Assembly (NCBI GenBank): GCA_000320545.1
Contig: ADNK01000053.1
Span: forward strand, 77,942 to 141,941
DNA length: 64,000 nucleotides
From: Bigelowiella natans CCMP2755
Taxonomy: Eukaryota; Protista; Cercozoa
Reading direction: 5' to 3'
Part shown: piece by piece, positions 13,918-27,084 of the stretch
Position numbering within the stretch: the stretch's first letter is position 1
Layout: each line of letters begins with the position of its first letter
Program-made: the position numbers and the translations under genes
The notes under the pieces: generated by a model
The model's database searches: none
What the model saw: the letters and a program-made list of their open reading frames with translations, nothing else
What the model was told of the DNA's origin: nothing

Positions 13918-14385
13918 TGTGTGTGTCGTGATAAAAAGGCAATTGATAATCCGGAGGTGAATCTAGAAGACTATGACGTCTTTCGTGATTACAAGGTGTT
14001 CAAACAGCGGGCTGTAAAATTGCAGACAGTGAAAGTAAAGCAAAGAAAGCATTTAAATAGTCAGAGCGATCGTACTTTCGTGTCTAAAAGAGGAAAGTTT
14101 ATCCAAAAGCGTAACTTTTCTCATTGCGACGAAAATCAAACCCGAAGGGCAGCAGCTCAATTACGACGCGATTCCATACGCTTTTTTAGAGGGGAGCTTA
14201 AAGAGTGTGCTGAAGCTCATGGCGTGAATGCTTCGACAAATTGGAAGAAGAGCTTCCAAAAACAGAAGCAGAAATATTTCGCAGCCATTTTACACAAGCT
14301 AAATAAAAGAGATAGACTACAGAGGCGAGCAGAGAGAAACAAGGAAAATTTTTACGAAATGAATCATTTGTTCATCTTTGAATGA
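13560..14385 (+). CDS. Lys/Arg-rich hypothetical protein, two exons, with a CxxC..HH motif
   Basis: Exon 1 MKKAFRG..IRCKTCLRK..WNLKHHSDEKRKKK ends at a GT donor (~13768). The intron carries (CT)n(GT)n. Exon 2 reads AIDNPEVNLEDYD..EMNHLFIFE* in the same open frame as ORF 13831-14385. Confidence 0.55.
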
Positions 14386-15809
14386 TACTTCACCTAGATT
14401 TGATAGCTGCAACATAGAATTGGTGAGTCTTGCTGAAAACTGCTGTCTACATGTACGTGTCGCATGTGTTCAGATGTGTATAGCTAATGTCTGTTTATGA
14501 CAAACAACAATGATACACATAATTATGCATCTACATATGTACATAGATGCATAACTGTTCCGATTAGTGGAAATAACAATGACAATTGATGTGCGGTTTT
14601 GCTTCGTCGCAATTGCAGGACTTCTAGACTTGGCTACTAACTGTAGATAAAATAAGAGATTATAGCTTGCTTGCCACTATTGCATAGTATGTAGCACAGC
14701 TGGAGTGTCATCTCCATGAGCGTGTAGTACACACGTGCTGGCATAGCACTGACTATAGCTGACCACACTAGCACACTGTTCTAGTGATACCTACCCATCT
14801 ACAGCATATTAGCATGGTGGCTTGTATGGATGTAGCTGATGTGCTCAAAAAGTTACTGTTCATCGTCTGATACAAATGCTAGAATGCATCGTTGTGGAAT
14901 GTGCTTTTAGGAGAACGCAACGACCAATTTGTCCATCTAGCCATGTGAAGAAAATGGTCTATGTGTGCTAGACAATACAAAGTATGTGTAGTGTGACAAT
15001 GCTGCATGCATATTTTGCCGTGTAGAATGTTGCGTGATATCCTTCTGTTGTCCAGTCTAGCAGTGCCCTCGCACTTTGTGAGAGAAGTGGAAACGACCAT
15101 AAACTGGGCGCCGCTCGGGAGGGTTGGAGACCATGGACGTAACCCGAGATTGCAAGTTCAACACCGAAACCGCAGACTAGCAGACAACATCCAAAACCCC
15201 ACCACATCAACGAGCTTCAGGGCGACCAGCACCGTTCTCGAATGAATATTGCGTCAGAGTACGATGCTCAGCGTTGTCTCTGCACATGGAACCACTGTCT
15301 TAGGGGTTGCTATTTTATATGAGCGACAATCCAAAATCCTGCGTTTTTCCCTTGAAAATAGCCCTACATGTGCTGCTCCTCTATTTGTTTTTAAGGTGAT
15401 ATTATCTAGATCTGCGACATTCATCACTGAAACGCGTGCCCTGCATGTAGATCTAAAATAGGTTTTCAATTACCCACTTTTTTCACCAATCGGATGGTTT
15501 TGTTGGGTTTTTTTCTTAATATCTCCTTGACGCAGCATTGAAATCCCAGTGAAATCCCTTTGAAATCTGTGCAAATCCTGTCTTGTACGACTGGTTTACT
15601 CGTAGACCTACTATCTCTGGGAACTGCAGTTACTCGCACGTTACATCTAATTATAGGTCTTTTATGAGAATGGTAAAACAGAGTCTATACTCAGACCAAC
15701 TCAACTCAGACTCCTGCGAAGACGGATTTAAGGAGGAGGCGGAGGATACTGAATGTAGTAGCAGCACCTTACTGCTTCACCTTTCTTGAACAGCGGACAG
15801 TGACCGACG

Positions 15810-16019
15810 ATGTTATCTAAGGCTGCAAGGCACTATTTGTTAGTGTTGGCTTTGGCCACGCTTCAACCACTCAGTTTCGCACAAGTTTTTTCAACTCCAA
15901 GCCCTACAACGACGTTAGGCCCTACATCGAGCCCTTCAGTGCTTAACACACCTCAGAGATTCACGTCAGCAAGCTCAGAAGTGTCAACACTTGTGACAGG
16001 TGACTGATCATGATTAGGA

Positions 16020-16060
<41 letters not shown>

Positions 16061-16889
16061 ATCACTCGCATGATTGCGTTGTTGTGTAAGAAAACAACAC
16101 CAGCAGACACTGCCTCTTTCATAATCAATAATGGCTTTTCCCTGTTAATTTCTCTCGCATTTTCTTAGGACTGGGATTAGTTTCTGGAGTTGCCCTTCAC
16201 CCTTGTGAGAATTTAAAAAACAAAAAATAGATATCTTAAGAGTAGTGGAGTTCAGATCTAGATAACAAAATTCCCCCTTGATCAGTGAATTCCAAGCTCT
16301 ACACCATTAGCCCGGAGGGGGCTATCCGAGAAATTAACATCGTAACCCAGAATGTCGTAGTATTAAGGAATGGAACAGGTTGTCTCATATGAATGAGGTA
16401 GATCATTCCTGATTAATAATGGTTTTTTTCGTACGCTTATGGCAGCATCAAATACCCTCGTAACCGCTGGCTGTGCAGATGGCACTGTAGAAAACGTAAG
16501 AATATTGTGCTTTAGGAATCTGACGGTCGGGGGGAGGGAGAAAGAGAAGATGTGTTATATCTATCATTTTCTCTATTTTGTAGTACTGAATGAAGAATTG
16601 TTGCAGGCAACTTTTCAGATTCCTCAGGGAATGGCAGCTGATAAGAGATATACAGGGTAGGGGTGTAGACATATCCCCCCTCCCTCCCACACAATCACAC
16701 ATACCGCCATCACCATATACTCAAACATACAAAAACTAATTTTAAGTTGTGAACGTTTTATGTATGTATGTGTTTCCTTGCACATAGTATTGATATGTAA
16801 CTTGGATTATCAGGGATGCTGTACTCTATATCTGTGATGCTGGAGGGAATAATTTAAGAAAGGTAACCGAGATTGGGCACATAGAATGT

Positions 16890-16958
<69 letters not shown>

Positions 16959-17208
16959 CGTAGTTTACTAAGCGTTGATTTGTTCTTGTGTGCGTTCTTG
17001 TGCGTATGAATGCTGCATCAATAAATTTTATCGTAATTATTACGCACACTTGATTTTTTTTAGAAGTATGTACGCGTGAGTTCGTATGGTTTATAATTTG
17101 ACAAACACCGATACACCCATTTACCATCTACAGCTTGATTTTGGGCAAAATCAAGTGACAACACTTGACACAGGTGATACTTTCTAAAATATAAATAGAT
17201 AAATAATT

Positions 17209-17239
<31 letters not shown>

Positions 17240-17815
17240 TATATTGTGATTATTACGCATACATATTTCACACATTGTTTTCCCAATTGTCGTCATCACC
17301 ACCGTCAATGTTGTTTCCTACTACCTCAAGGCGTAAAAGCATACCGAGACGTCGACATGCAAATGGTCAACTCGCATCCGATGCTGTATGTGGCGAAGGA
17401 TAATCAGGTCCCAAATTAAGATCTCTACAAACAAAAAAATGCGTTACAACATATCAACGAAGACGAAGTATGTTGGTCTTGACACAGGAGGAGAGGATGC
17501 ACAAGGAGAGATAAATGCCCTACCTATCTAGCTACTAATGCTAAAAATACCTACTCTTCACTTAGATATTTTCCCTGAATTTGACGGATCAAGTCACGCG
17601 AGTTTTGTCAGGCAACTTAGTCACCATAGGTAGTACTCATTGCTTATCCTTGGATATCATGATACTTTCTACATGCGAAAATGCACACAACACACACAGA
17701 AAAGATATGTATTTTAAATGTTCATCACTACTTCTAGGGTCGCAAGCCGATGGACCTCTAGATATTGCACGAGTCAAAAAACCTTTTGGTACATATTATG
17801 ATAGTAATAGTAATG

Positions 17816-17848
<33 letters not shown>

Positions 17849-19134
17849 ATAGTAGTATTAGAGTGTAGCTGCTGTGACTTCGGCGATACGACCGACGAGG
17901 TATTCGCAACAAAAAATGACAAGAAACGTGCAAGAGGAAGATGTAGACAATGACAGCATACTGTGTTTCTTCTTTTTCCCGGAAAAACATATTGAAGAAT
18001 AAGATAGAGAGAGAAAAAAAGTTGTTAATGACGACACATGCTCGATCAATATTTGTACATAAATTGTGCGGAAGATCTCAATTTGACAACAAAGACGAAA
18101 AATTTGGTCATCAAAACAGACTAATTTTGTGCGTTCATACTCTTACCCTTAGGAGTACGTTATGCACAGTCGACGCAAGGTGAAGATAGACTCTCGCGAA
18201 GGAAGAAATGAATGATTAAATGACAAAATTGTGTGTGCTTTGCTCTGAGCACTATTTGCATGTCACATGAATATTCCTTTATCACATCTACATGCTCGTC
18301 TATACTTTCATTATAATCATCCTCATCTTCATGGTCATCGTTGTCCTCCTCCTCCTCCTCCTCATCATAATCCTCAATGCATAATACACCAAAAAAGGTC
18401 CCAGGGTGTATTTCACCGACACGGGTACTGTTCGTTACGTCAATGTGGAATCTCGAGTGACATATACGGTGTTTGCTCTCTCCTATCACATTAGAACCCC
18501 AATTCAATGCTGTAGTCGTATCGTCGTTACCATCATTTCTCATGCCAGAATGGCATATTTCCCCCCTCTGTGTCGTCTTTCATCATCAACCTTGTCTTCT
18601 TCCATCGGTCTCCTAACTAGATGGCTGGCGGGACGTCCCAATCCAACTTTGGGTACAGAGACGGAGCCTTCACCATTGTACGTCAAAGCTGTTTCCTTTC
18701 GCGAGTTAGATAGTTAGTTGTCTTTCTTCCAAACGTGTTTGATGACATAGAATTCTCGCATATAGTCTTGTAGACTCCAAAGAGTAAATGAAGAGCTGAG
18801 CGGAGGATTAGGAATTAGTTCTACAGGGACCAATCCTCTGTTGTACACCTTTGGCAACAAAACGAAGGTGGGTCATCATCGCCAGCAGTAGCGTCTAGTG
18901 TGTGCGTATGATTGCGTACGATTGTGTTCGTGAAGATAATGTCATGAAGATTTGCCGATTCGTTTCTTAAACTTTTAATTGCTGCAGCGGTTACGAGTGT
19001 TGGACAACGCACCGGGACAGGTGCGCACACATATATTAAGATAGAATATTGTATATATTGTGATTTTTACATGATATTACACGTAGTGCTTCACCGTCGC
19101 TGGAAAAGGGACCTCTAATTACATTGACGGAAGT

Positions 19135-19171
<37 letters not shown>

Positions 19172-19386
19172 AATACATATGCATGTATACTTGAATCTCT
19201 CTCTCTCTCTCTGTGTGTGTGTGTGATTGATACCGTAAGGTTATAATGTTAGAGCGTTGATAGATTCGTCGTAACTTGAGCGTTGATAGATTCATTCATC
19301 GTAATCTGACAGGCACAAGAGCTAGCTTTGGAAGTCCTGCTGGTAGACACATATATTCACAATAACTAATATTCGTATACAAATAT

Positions 19387-19427
<41 letters not shown>

Positions 19428-19442
19428 CATATTATGTGTGTG

Positions 19443-19484
<42 letters not shown>

Positions 19485-19718
19485 TAGCTTAGTCAGTCAT
19501 CATCCGAGCTTGTGCATAATGTTATGTCTTGGGGTCCACCTTGGTCGTCGGTCTTTGATGCATACAGGAATCGAGGTTTTTACGGCAGGATCCACTGATA
19601 TCATCTTTCTCGCCGAAAAGGTTACTACGTGCCGTAGAAAATATAGATCATCGTCGCACAACAACGAAAACCATGAATGTTGCAGGCGTTTCCACCGCCA
19701 TGTCTTTTGTAGAGCATG

Positions 19719-19776
<58 letters not shown>

Positions 19777-22700
19777 ATAGATATATAACATTATGTTCAT
19801 ATCTCCTGTGTTTGTGTAGACAACGGGGTCAATTAGAGTGATATCGGCCAGTCTGCCTTCAGCAGCTCCGTCCAACACTCCTACCTATGTACCATCAACT
19901 TCGCCATTGCCAGCGACAAATTCCCCATCCTCTGGGTCTCCTTCAACTCATCCATCAACTTCGCCATTGCCAGCGACAAATTCCCCATCCTCTGGGTCTC
20001 CTTCAACTCATCCTTCAACTTCGCCATTGCCAGCGACAAATTCCCCATCCTCTGGGTCTCCTTCAACTCATCCTTCAACTTCGCCATTGCCAGCGACAAA
20101 TTCCCCATCCTCTGGGTCTCCTTCAACTCATCCTTCAACTTCGCCATTGCCAGCGACAAATTCCCCATCCTCTGGATCTCCTTCAACTCATCCATCAACT
20201 TCGCCATTGCCTGCGACCAGTGCCCCACAAACATATTCCCCAACCTCAGCGACTCCGTTGATGACTTACTCGATTTCAACATATCAGCCAACTACGTGCA
20301 CACCCACCACAATATCACCTTCCCTGTCTCCATCTTCCTTTCGACCCACAAACTCGCCCAGTACACATCCGCACACTTTGTCACCCTCCTTCTCTCCATC
20401 ATCCTCACAACCCACAAAATCTCCACGCACGAAGTCGCCTTCCTCCTCGTCTCCATCAACTCCAGGACCGACCCACTCTCCTAGTAAACATCCGCACACT
20501 AAGTCGCCCACCCCCCTCTCCTCCACTTCTCCTTCCACTGTCGCCGCGTTGAAAACATTCAATCCCAGTGCTTCTCCCACCGCCCGGCGACCCGAGGCAA
20601 CAGGGGCAAGGCTCTCAGGCTCACTCACAAAGATCATTGTCACTTTCAGCATAGGTACCAACCAGCCTTCACGGGCCGACCTTGGCTGCAGCTACTTGCT
20701 CACCTCGAGCTCCGTCGCGCAATTCGGTGTAGATCCAGTTTGCTACTGGTCACAGCCGAGTCACCTGGTTATAAAACTCGGTAAAGACTTCACTGTGGAA
20801 GTGGATGCAGCTATCGGGCTGAAACCAGGCGTTATTCGAAACCCCTCGGCCACCTCGGCAGCTGCAGAACAAGCGCAACTTGTCGTGCGGCCTCCTCCAA
20901 ATCCTACTGTTCCCGTTGCGGTAGTGTCTGGGAAGAGTGAGTACGGAAACTGCGACAATGCTGTCGACATCAGCGCCAGCGAATCGCAAGGGAGGGGAGG
21001 CAAACCTTTTCGCTACCAATGGACCTACATGGATCAAACTGGGGGGGTGGGGAATATCCACATCCAGACGATTTTGAACCAGACGAGATCCAGGCTTGTC
21101 ATCGATACGCAAAGCTTCACCGTCGGGTCTCATATGGTTTCCCTGAGAGTGACAAATTGGATCGGGATGACATCGGCAGCCGCTAATTTTAGCTTTAGGA
21201 TTATATCTGACCGCATACCAGTCATCATCATCCCGGGCTCAATCGACATCTCTCACAGCCGCACTGAGCGCCTGATCATTCGAACCCAGATCATATCCGC
21301 TTTGAGCTGTGGGAATGATGGAGCTGCCTCTACTACTACTACTACTACTTCTGGCAGTGGTGGTAGTACTACGAATGCACTTCTTAACACAAACGGGACA
21401 AACACAGGGGTCTGGAGTCAGCTGCTACCGACGTCATCGTTTCCTCCGGAGCTCGCCTCTCGAGCGAGTACGATTACTAGTGATGTCATTACCATCCCCC
21501 GACCGATTTCGACAAAGCTGGAGATCCCACCAGACAAGTTAACGATGGGCAAAACATATGCATTCCAGCTGACTGCCACCACACGAGAGAATTCTGTGAT
21601 TGTCGGATCAGAGGCTCGACAGGTCTTCTTTGTAGAAGTTCAGGTCGAAGATGTCGTTGCCGTACTGCCCGGTGGTAACACTCGCCAGCTGCCGGTGTTG
21701 GCCACAACGCACATAGCAAGATTTGATGCTAAGGCATCGTATGACCCTGCAGGCACTTCAGTGCCTTTGGTGTATTCGTGGAGTCTGAGGGAGACGGCAA
21801 CTAACAGCACGATCACAACTCCGCCGCCCTCATCCAGCAAGCCTTGGCTTCTTGAGATTGACACACAAATACTTGTTGCGAATGGTACATATGTGCTGGA
21901 GTTAACGGTAGAAGGAAGAACCATTGGCGGTATGCGTCGTTTTGGATCGCGCAAGCAGACGATAACAACAACCGCTGTCAACATCCCGGATATCCAGGTC
22001 TCAATGCGGGTCTTTCCAGCCCCAGGAACGCGGAGGGAGCAGGCTCGATTAGCAGAGATCGAGCTGCGCGCAAATCCGGACGACAAGATTTCTTTGGTGA
22101 GCAACACGCCACGAGATGAAAGAAGATCTTACAGCTTTGCGTGGAGGTGCTTGACCAACAACTTCGACTTCAACGACAGGAGTAAGCTCAGGGCTGGCTC
22201 GCAAGGGAGCAGCCTCGTAATCTCTCCCAACAGTCTGCAAGGTGGTGTTGGCTATACTTTTGAGGCGACTATCACAGAATTAAGTACCGGCTACAGTTCT
22301 ACCAACGAGATTTCGTTCACAGTCAATGCACCCCCTAGCCTAGGTTCGTGCTACTCCTCCCCATCCTTTGGCTTGGCACTGAGCACGACGTTTGTGCTGT
22401 CATGTAGTGGGTGGGAAGATACTGACACGCCGCTGCTCTATTCGTTCTATAGCTTCAACGGACGTCAGTTCACGGCGCTCACTCGCCGTCGAATGGAGCC
22501 TTCCTTCTCCACCCTGCTGCCGCCCCCGCCCGAGTTGATCGCAGGCACAAGCAGCAACAACGCGTCTGCGCTGGTGCGGGTGTCTATCATTGATGCGCTA
22601 GGGGCAAAACAGCAATCCCGGATAACTGTGTGGATGGGTCTGCCCGACAGTGATGATGTCAGCGTCGACTCCATTTCCGAATCGATCACTGCACGCCTAG

Positions 22701-25531
22701 CGGAGGGGGATGCAGACTCCGCAGGTATCTTGATATTAAGCACAGCTTCCTACCTGCGGACTGGTTCTGAGAGCAACGTCACTGAAAGAAGACTGCAGAG
22801 AAGCAGGCTTCTCACTGACCTTGGAACGCTGGCAACGTTGGCTTCTGACACGGAGGAGGACTCGATCGAGACACCGGTCGCCATCCTGGAGGATCTCACC
22901 ATTGTGGACAACGCTGCGGATTTTCCAGTCGAGCAGCAAACGATAGCTCTTGCGCTTGTGGAAAACATAACTGATAGTGACCTCAACTCATTCTCGGACA
23001 CTGTAGTTGCGTCATCAATCGGCACGCTGAGCAATATCCTCAGCCTGGCGCAGGCTGGCAAGGCCTCTGACAGGATGAGCACCGGAAGTTCGGTACTTAA
23101 CATTTTAGAGAAGCTTTCCACCGGTTCCACGAGCGCAAATCTAGTCGAGGGGGAGGAGGCGCTGGAGTATACATCTGGTGAGATTACTCTCGCGTCGCAG
23201 CTCGTCAGTCCTACCAGCATAGGAGAAACTGGGTCAATGTTCTCCTCCTCGAATGGCTATGGACTAAGTGTTTCTGCGGGGACGTCTCTCCCCTTAAACG
23301 TGTCTGGAGGATCCTTAAACGTGATGATCAGTACCACGAGCAGTGCACCTATTTACCCTTCCAACGATTCTCGTTCTACGGCTGGCTCCGTCACTGTTGT
23401 GCTTGGGCAAGATGGCAAGGGACTCGACATAAACGGCATTGACCCTCCTCTTCAAATCACTATCCCCGCACCAACCTTGGGGAACTCTTCCTCCTCGCTG
23501 TCACCATCATCGGTGATCTCACCGAAATGCACATTTTGGAACACAACGCTGCGTGAATACTCCGATGCTGGCCTGACATTTGTCAGTAATAGTACAACAA
23601 CCAATGGTACAAGAGTCCTTGTCTGCAATACTACGCACCTCACCACATTCCACGGTGAGACTGAGACCTCCGTCAACGTTAATGAAATCTCGGAAGACGA
23701 TCTTACTGAACCAGAGGAAATATTTTCCCCGATATCAAACCCTGTATTCGCCTTCTGTTTCTCGTTGCTTCTCAGCCTCCCTCTCGCTGCCTTCGTCGCA
23801 TATCGCAACGACAGTAGGAAGCAAACCGAGGAGGCGGTCAAATATTTCTGGAAGCGCATCCGCTTCAACACAGAATCGACGGTGCGGAGGGAGCGCAGCT
23901 GGGCGCTCTTTCGCAAGCATTTCCACTGGCAAATGAAGCGCGGACACGTGTGGCTTGCGGTTTTGATCCACCCCAACGGCGATTTCCTCGATGGGATCAA
24001 GCGCACAGTGATGCTCTACACTCTGCTCTTCAACTCTTTTACGGTGTGCACTTTGCTTGTCGGCCAACGCCAGCAGGTTCCCTTTCTAAGCTCCATGCTT
24101 TCAGCTTCCCTCGTCGCCATGGTCCTGGCCTTCCCTATCCCTTATTTTACTACGATGTTCCTCAAGCGAAAGATACCCTCCACCATGGCAATAGATCTCT
24201 CCACATTGGTCGCCCGCCAGATTATCCTGGTGAAGTTCCTGCTCTTTTTGTTCACGGACATCGATTTAGGCATGCTCGGTGGGGGGGGGGACGCAGAGGC
24301 TGCGGGTGGAGAGGCGGGGGATATACGAGGAGACATGAAATTAGCCGGAGATGCTGGCGGCGGAGGTGGTCTTGCAAAGGGCTTGGATCTCGGGGATAGG
24401 GCAGATATTCGTGTCGCAGGTGACGCTGGAGGGGGCGGGGGGAGAGCGCGTGGCTTTTCCGTGGCAGCTGGGGCTGTGGTAGGATCGACGTGCTGCGGGA
24501 CGTTTGTCTGGAAAACCAAACAGGCCGATAACCTTACATACACGGTCAAAGACGTAGTGACGCTTAGTTTCTGCGTGCTCGTGATGGTTGGATGCACGTT
24601 TATCAACTCAGTGCTGGCTGCACGCCTCGGCCTCGACTCGTTCGAAGCTATTCTGGTAGCGCTGATCTCCTTCTGCGAGGACTTCTTCGTAAGGATCAAC
24701 GCCATCTTTTGGGTGCAGATGATTTTCTTCAGCCCATTGTGTGCCTTCTGCTGCTGCTGCTGCTCCTCCTGGCAAGCATCCATTAACAAGCGAGATTCTG
24801 TGGAACTACAGATGGCCAGCACTATGATCGCAGTCGGCAACAACTGGGTACCCGGCAAAGAAGTTATATTCGAGGATTATAAAAGTCCCGCTCTCGGGAT
24901 CTCATATCACAACTGCATGGTTACGGAGGTGAAGCCTGGGAGTGAAGCGGAGAGCGAAGGCGTTCAGATTGGGTGGCAGATTGGGGAGATATGCGGTCTG
25001 GAGACGCATAATGATGCCGAAATCGACAAAGAACTAAAACAGCTCGAGCGGCGTTGGAAACAGAATCGTAGTCCTTTCAGTGTGAAATTCACGCACCCTT
25101 CTGTGAAGCACTTGAACCCTGGCCCACTCTCCATGGCCTCCCGGGAGGCCCGGAACGAAATTTCACGAAGTATCCGGACCTTCTCCGATAGTAGTACTCG
25201 CAGTCTGTCTGGGGGGACTAGCAAAACATTTTCGCGTATAGGCTTCTCGAAGATGACTGCAAGCAGTATTTCAGTAGGCTCAAGTATGTCAACGCCTAGG
25301 GCAGCTTCAAGTATATCAACGCCTAGGATATCTTCAGCTATATCAACGCCTAGGGACCAACCAAAACGTCAGCATCGTAAGTTTGCCAGCGTTTTGTCAA
25401 GAATTGATGATGGCGACGAGGGGGGCACCAAAGCTGAGGACATCTCTCTTGACCCCTCCACGCCCCAAAGTGAAGCTAGTTCTGACCGAAAGTCTTTCGT
25501 GGATAGAAATGCGTCGAAACTGTCGATTTGA
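15810..25531 (+). CDS. Polycystin-1-like receptor: signal peptide, NHL-repeat propeller, P/S/T mucin stalk, PKD/REJ, GPS/GAIN, multiple TMs, cytoplasmic PDZ
   Basis: Signal peptide MLSKAARHYLLVLALATLQPLSFA. Short exons carry NHL-like motifs (ADGTVEN/ATFQIPQGMAAD, LYICDAGGNNLRK, VYFTDTGTVRYV, IDGSG/TRASFGSPAGI). The terminal exon 19820-25531 contains REJ motifs (FDAKASYDP, VNAPPSLGSC..P..G....T.F..SC.GWEDTDTPLLYSF), GPS (CTFWN..CNTTHLTTF), hydrophobic segments and PDZ-like VTEVKPGSEAESEGVQIGWQIGEICG. Confidence 0.85.
19892..20218 (+). repeat. Coding 60-bp tandem repeat, about 5.4 near-identical copies (PSTSPLPATNSPSSGSPSTH)
   Basis: The unit ccatcaacttcgccattgccagcgacaaattccccatcctctgggtctccttcaactcat recurs in register on consecutive 60-nt lines. 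Confidence 0.97.
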
Positions 25532-25602
25532 TACACATTGCCAGGAGAGTCCAGGCATGCTTATCCACGTTGATAAGCGGGTGCATCATAGACAACGCAA
25601 TG

Positions 25603-25641
<39 letters not shown>

Positions 25642-25973
25642 CTATGTCTATTATTTATCACTAAATTCTGTCTGCTGTTTGTCATTCAATTTGTAATTTT
25701 GACTACTGCATGTTTGCATACATGCATTATGATATTTATATGTATATGAGACAGAGGTAATGAATAAATTACATTCTATCAATGGTCGTCCTAGTGTAAC
25801 GGTGTGAAAGGGGATAGCTACATTGCTTAAGTTATATCGCTCTGTTTCAGCCATTACTTGTTTCATGTTCGTACGGTCCAATTTCTAGATGTGTTGTGCT
25901 GCTGCTGTATAGCACTGGAGCATGCGCGTGTAAGCGTATTACCATGCAAATATATGGCGTAGACTTTCGGTCA

Positions 25974-26031
25974 GCAAAATCGTGCTATAGTGCAATGCAT
26001 GCGCAAAATCGTGCTATAGTGCAATGCATGC
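25974..26031. repeat. Perfect 29-bp direct tandem duplication in a convergent intergenic spacer
   Basis: gcaaaatcgtgctatagtgcaatgcatgc occurs twice in tandem. Confidence 0.9.
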
Positions 26032-26325
26032 GCTTTACTTTATAATAAGCTATCGACTGCATGATGTTGACTATTTTGAGCACTTATATAATTGTTTATT
26101 GGATAGCTAGGATAGCACACCGTGTGACATGCGAATGCTTACGCAGGAGAATTCGTCGCAGCGCAATGCCAGCACCATGAAAAAATAAAAGTAAGATGCC
26201 CATGATGATGCTCATGGACAAATAATATGGCAAAATGACATGAAAAATGTCACATGCAGTATCGTAATAGAGGCCTCCTGGTAGGATTCACAAATGAGCT
26301 AATGTCTTCTTTCGCAAATGAAACC

Positions 26326-27016
26326 TTAGGTTTCAGATGTTAGTGTTCCATGAAAACTCCCCTTTCCTAATATGATGATCTTACAGCCTTACTGCATAGG
26401 TCACCACGTCAACGCACCGTGAAGCAACGGTCACAAACACGAACCTAAGTATAACGATGCGCACACTTTTATTGACCAGGAGGCCTCCATGTATATCATA
26501 TATCAACCCGTTGGTCGAGTACACAAGCAGGCGTGTGTGAATAAATGATGGACAACGATAGCAAAAATACTTTTCATCCACGAGTACCTCTTGCCTTTCG
26601 TCGATATGCTTGAGAAGCATCTTATGGGAAGAGCACTTTGCACAGCATAGGCACCTGAGGAGGAGGTCAGAGGGGCATACAAACACCAATGATCACACAC
26701 ACACAAACACACACACACATAGACAGACAGACAGAGATACAGCTTAATGATTTCATATTTAAATATGTTAAATCACATATAACCAATTATAGAGGAGGTG
26801 ATATATGCTTCCAGCTCAAATTCAAATAACAGAAAAGGGAAAGTGCTTCCTCTGCGTCTCACTATTATAACCTTTTCCATCTACCACAACTACACTACCA
26901 CACGCACCCGCACTTCCGGCAATGATGGCGACGAGTGATAAAGCTGAACCTCTGGTCACATAGCTCACATTCGTTCTTATCCTGGAATTATAACGAAACG
27001 AAGACACACACACACA

Positions 27017-27084
<68 letters not shown>

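Noticed and set aside
19892-20218. Regular 60-bp repeat considered as a CRISPR array
   Set aside because: No unique spacers. It is an in-frame coding tandem repeat in a eukaryotic gene, and no cas genes are present.
20284-24858. Long antisense ORFs (e.g. 23452-24006, 24142-24858) opposite the receptor exon
   Set aside because: Expected shadow ORFs of a long GC-rich coding exon, with no recognisable motifs.
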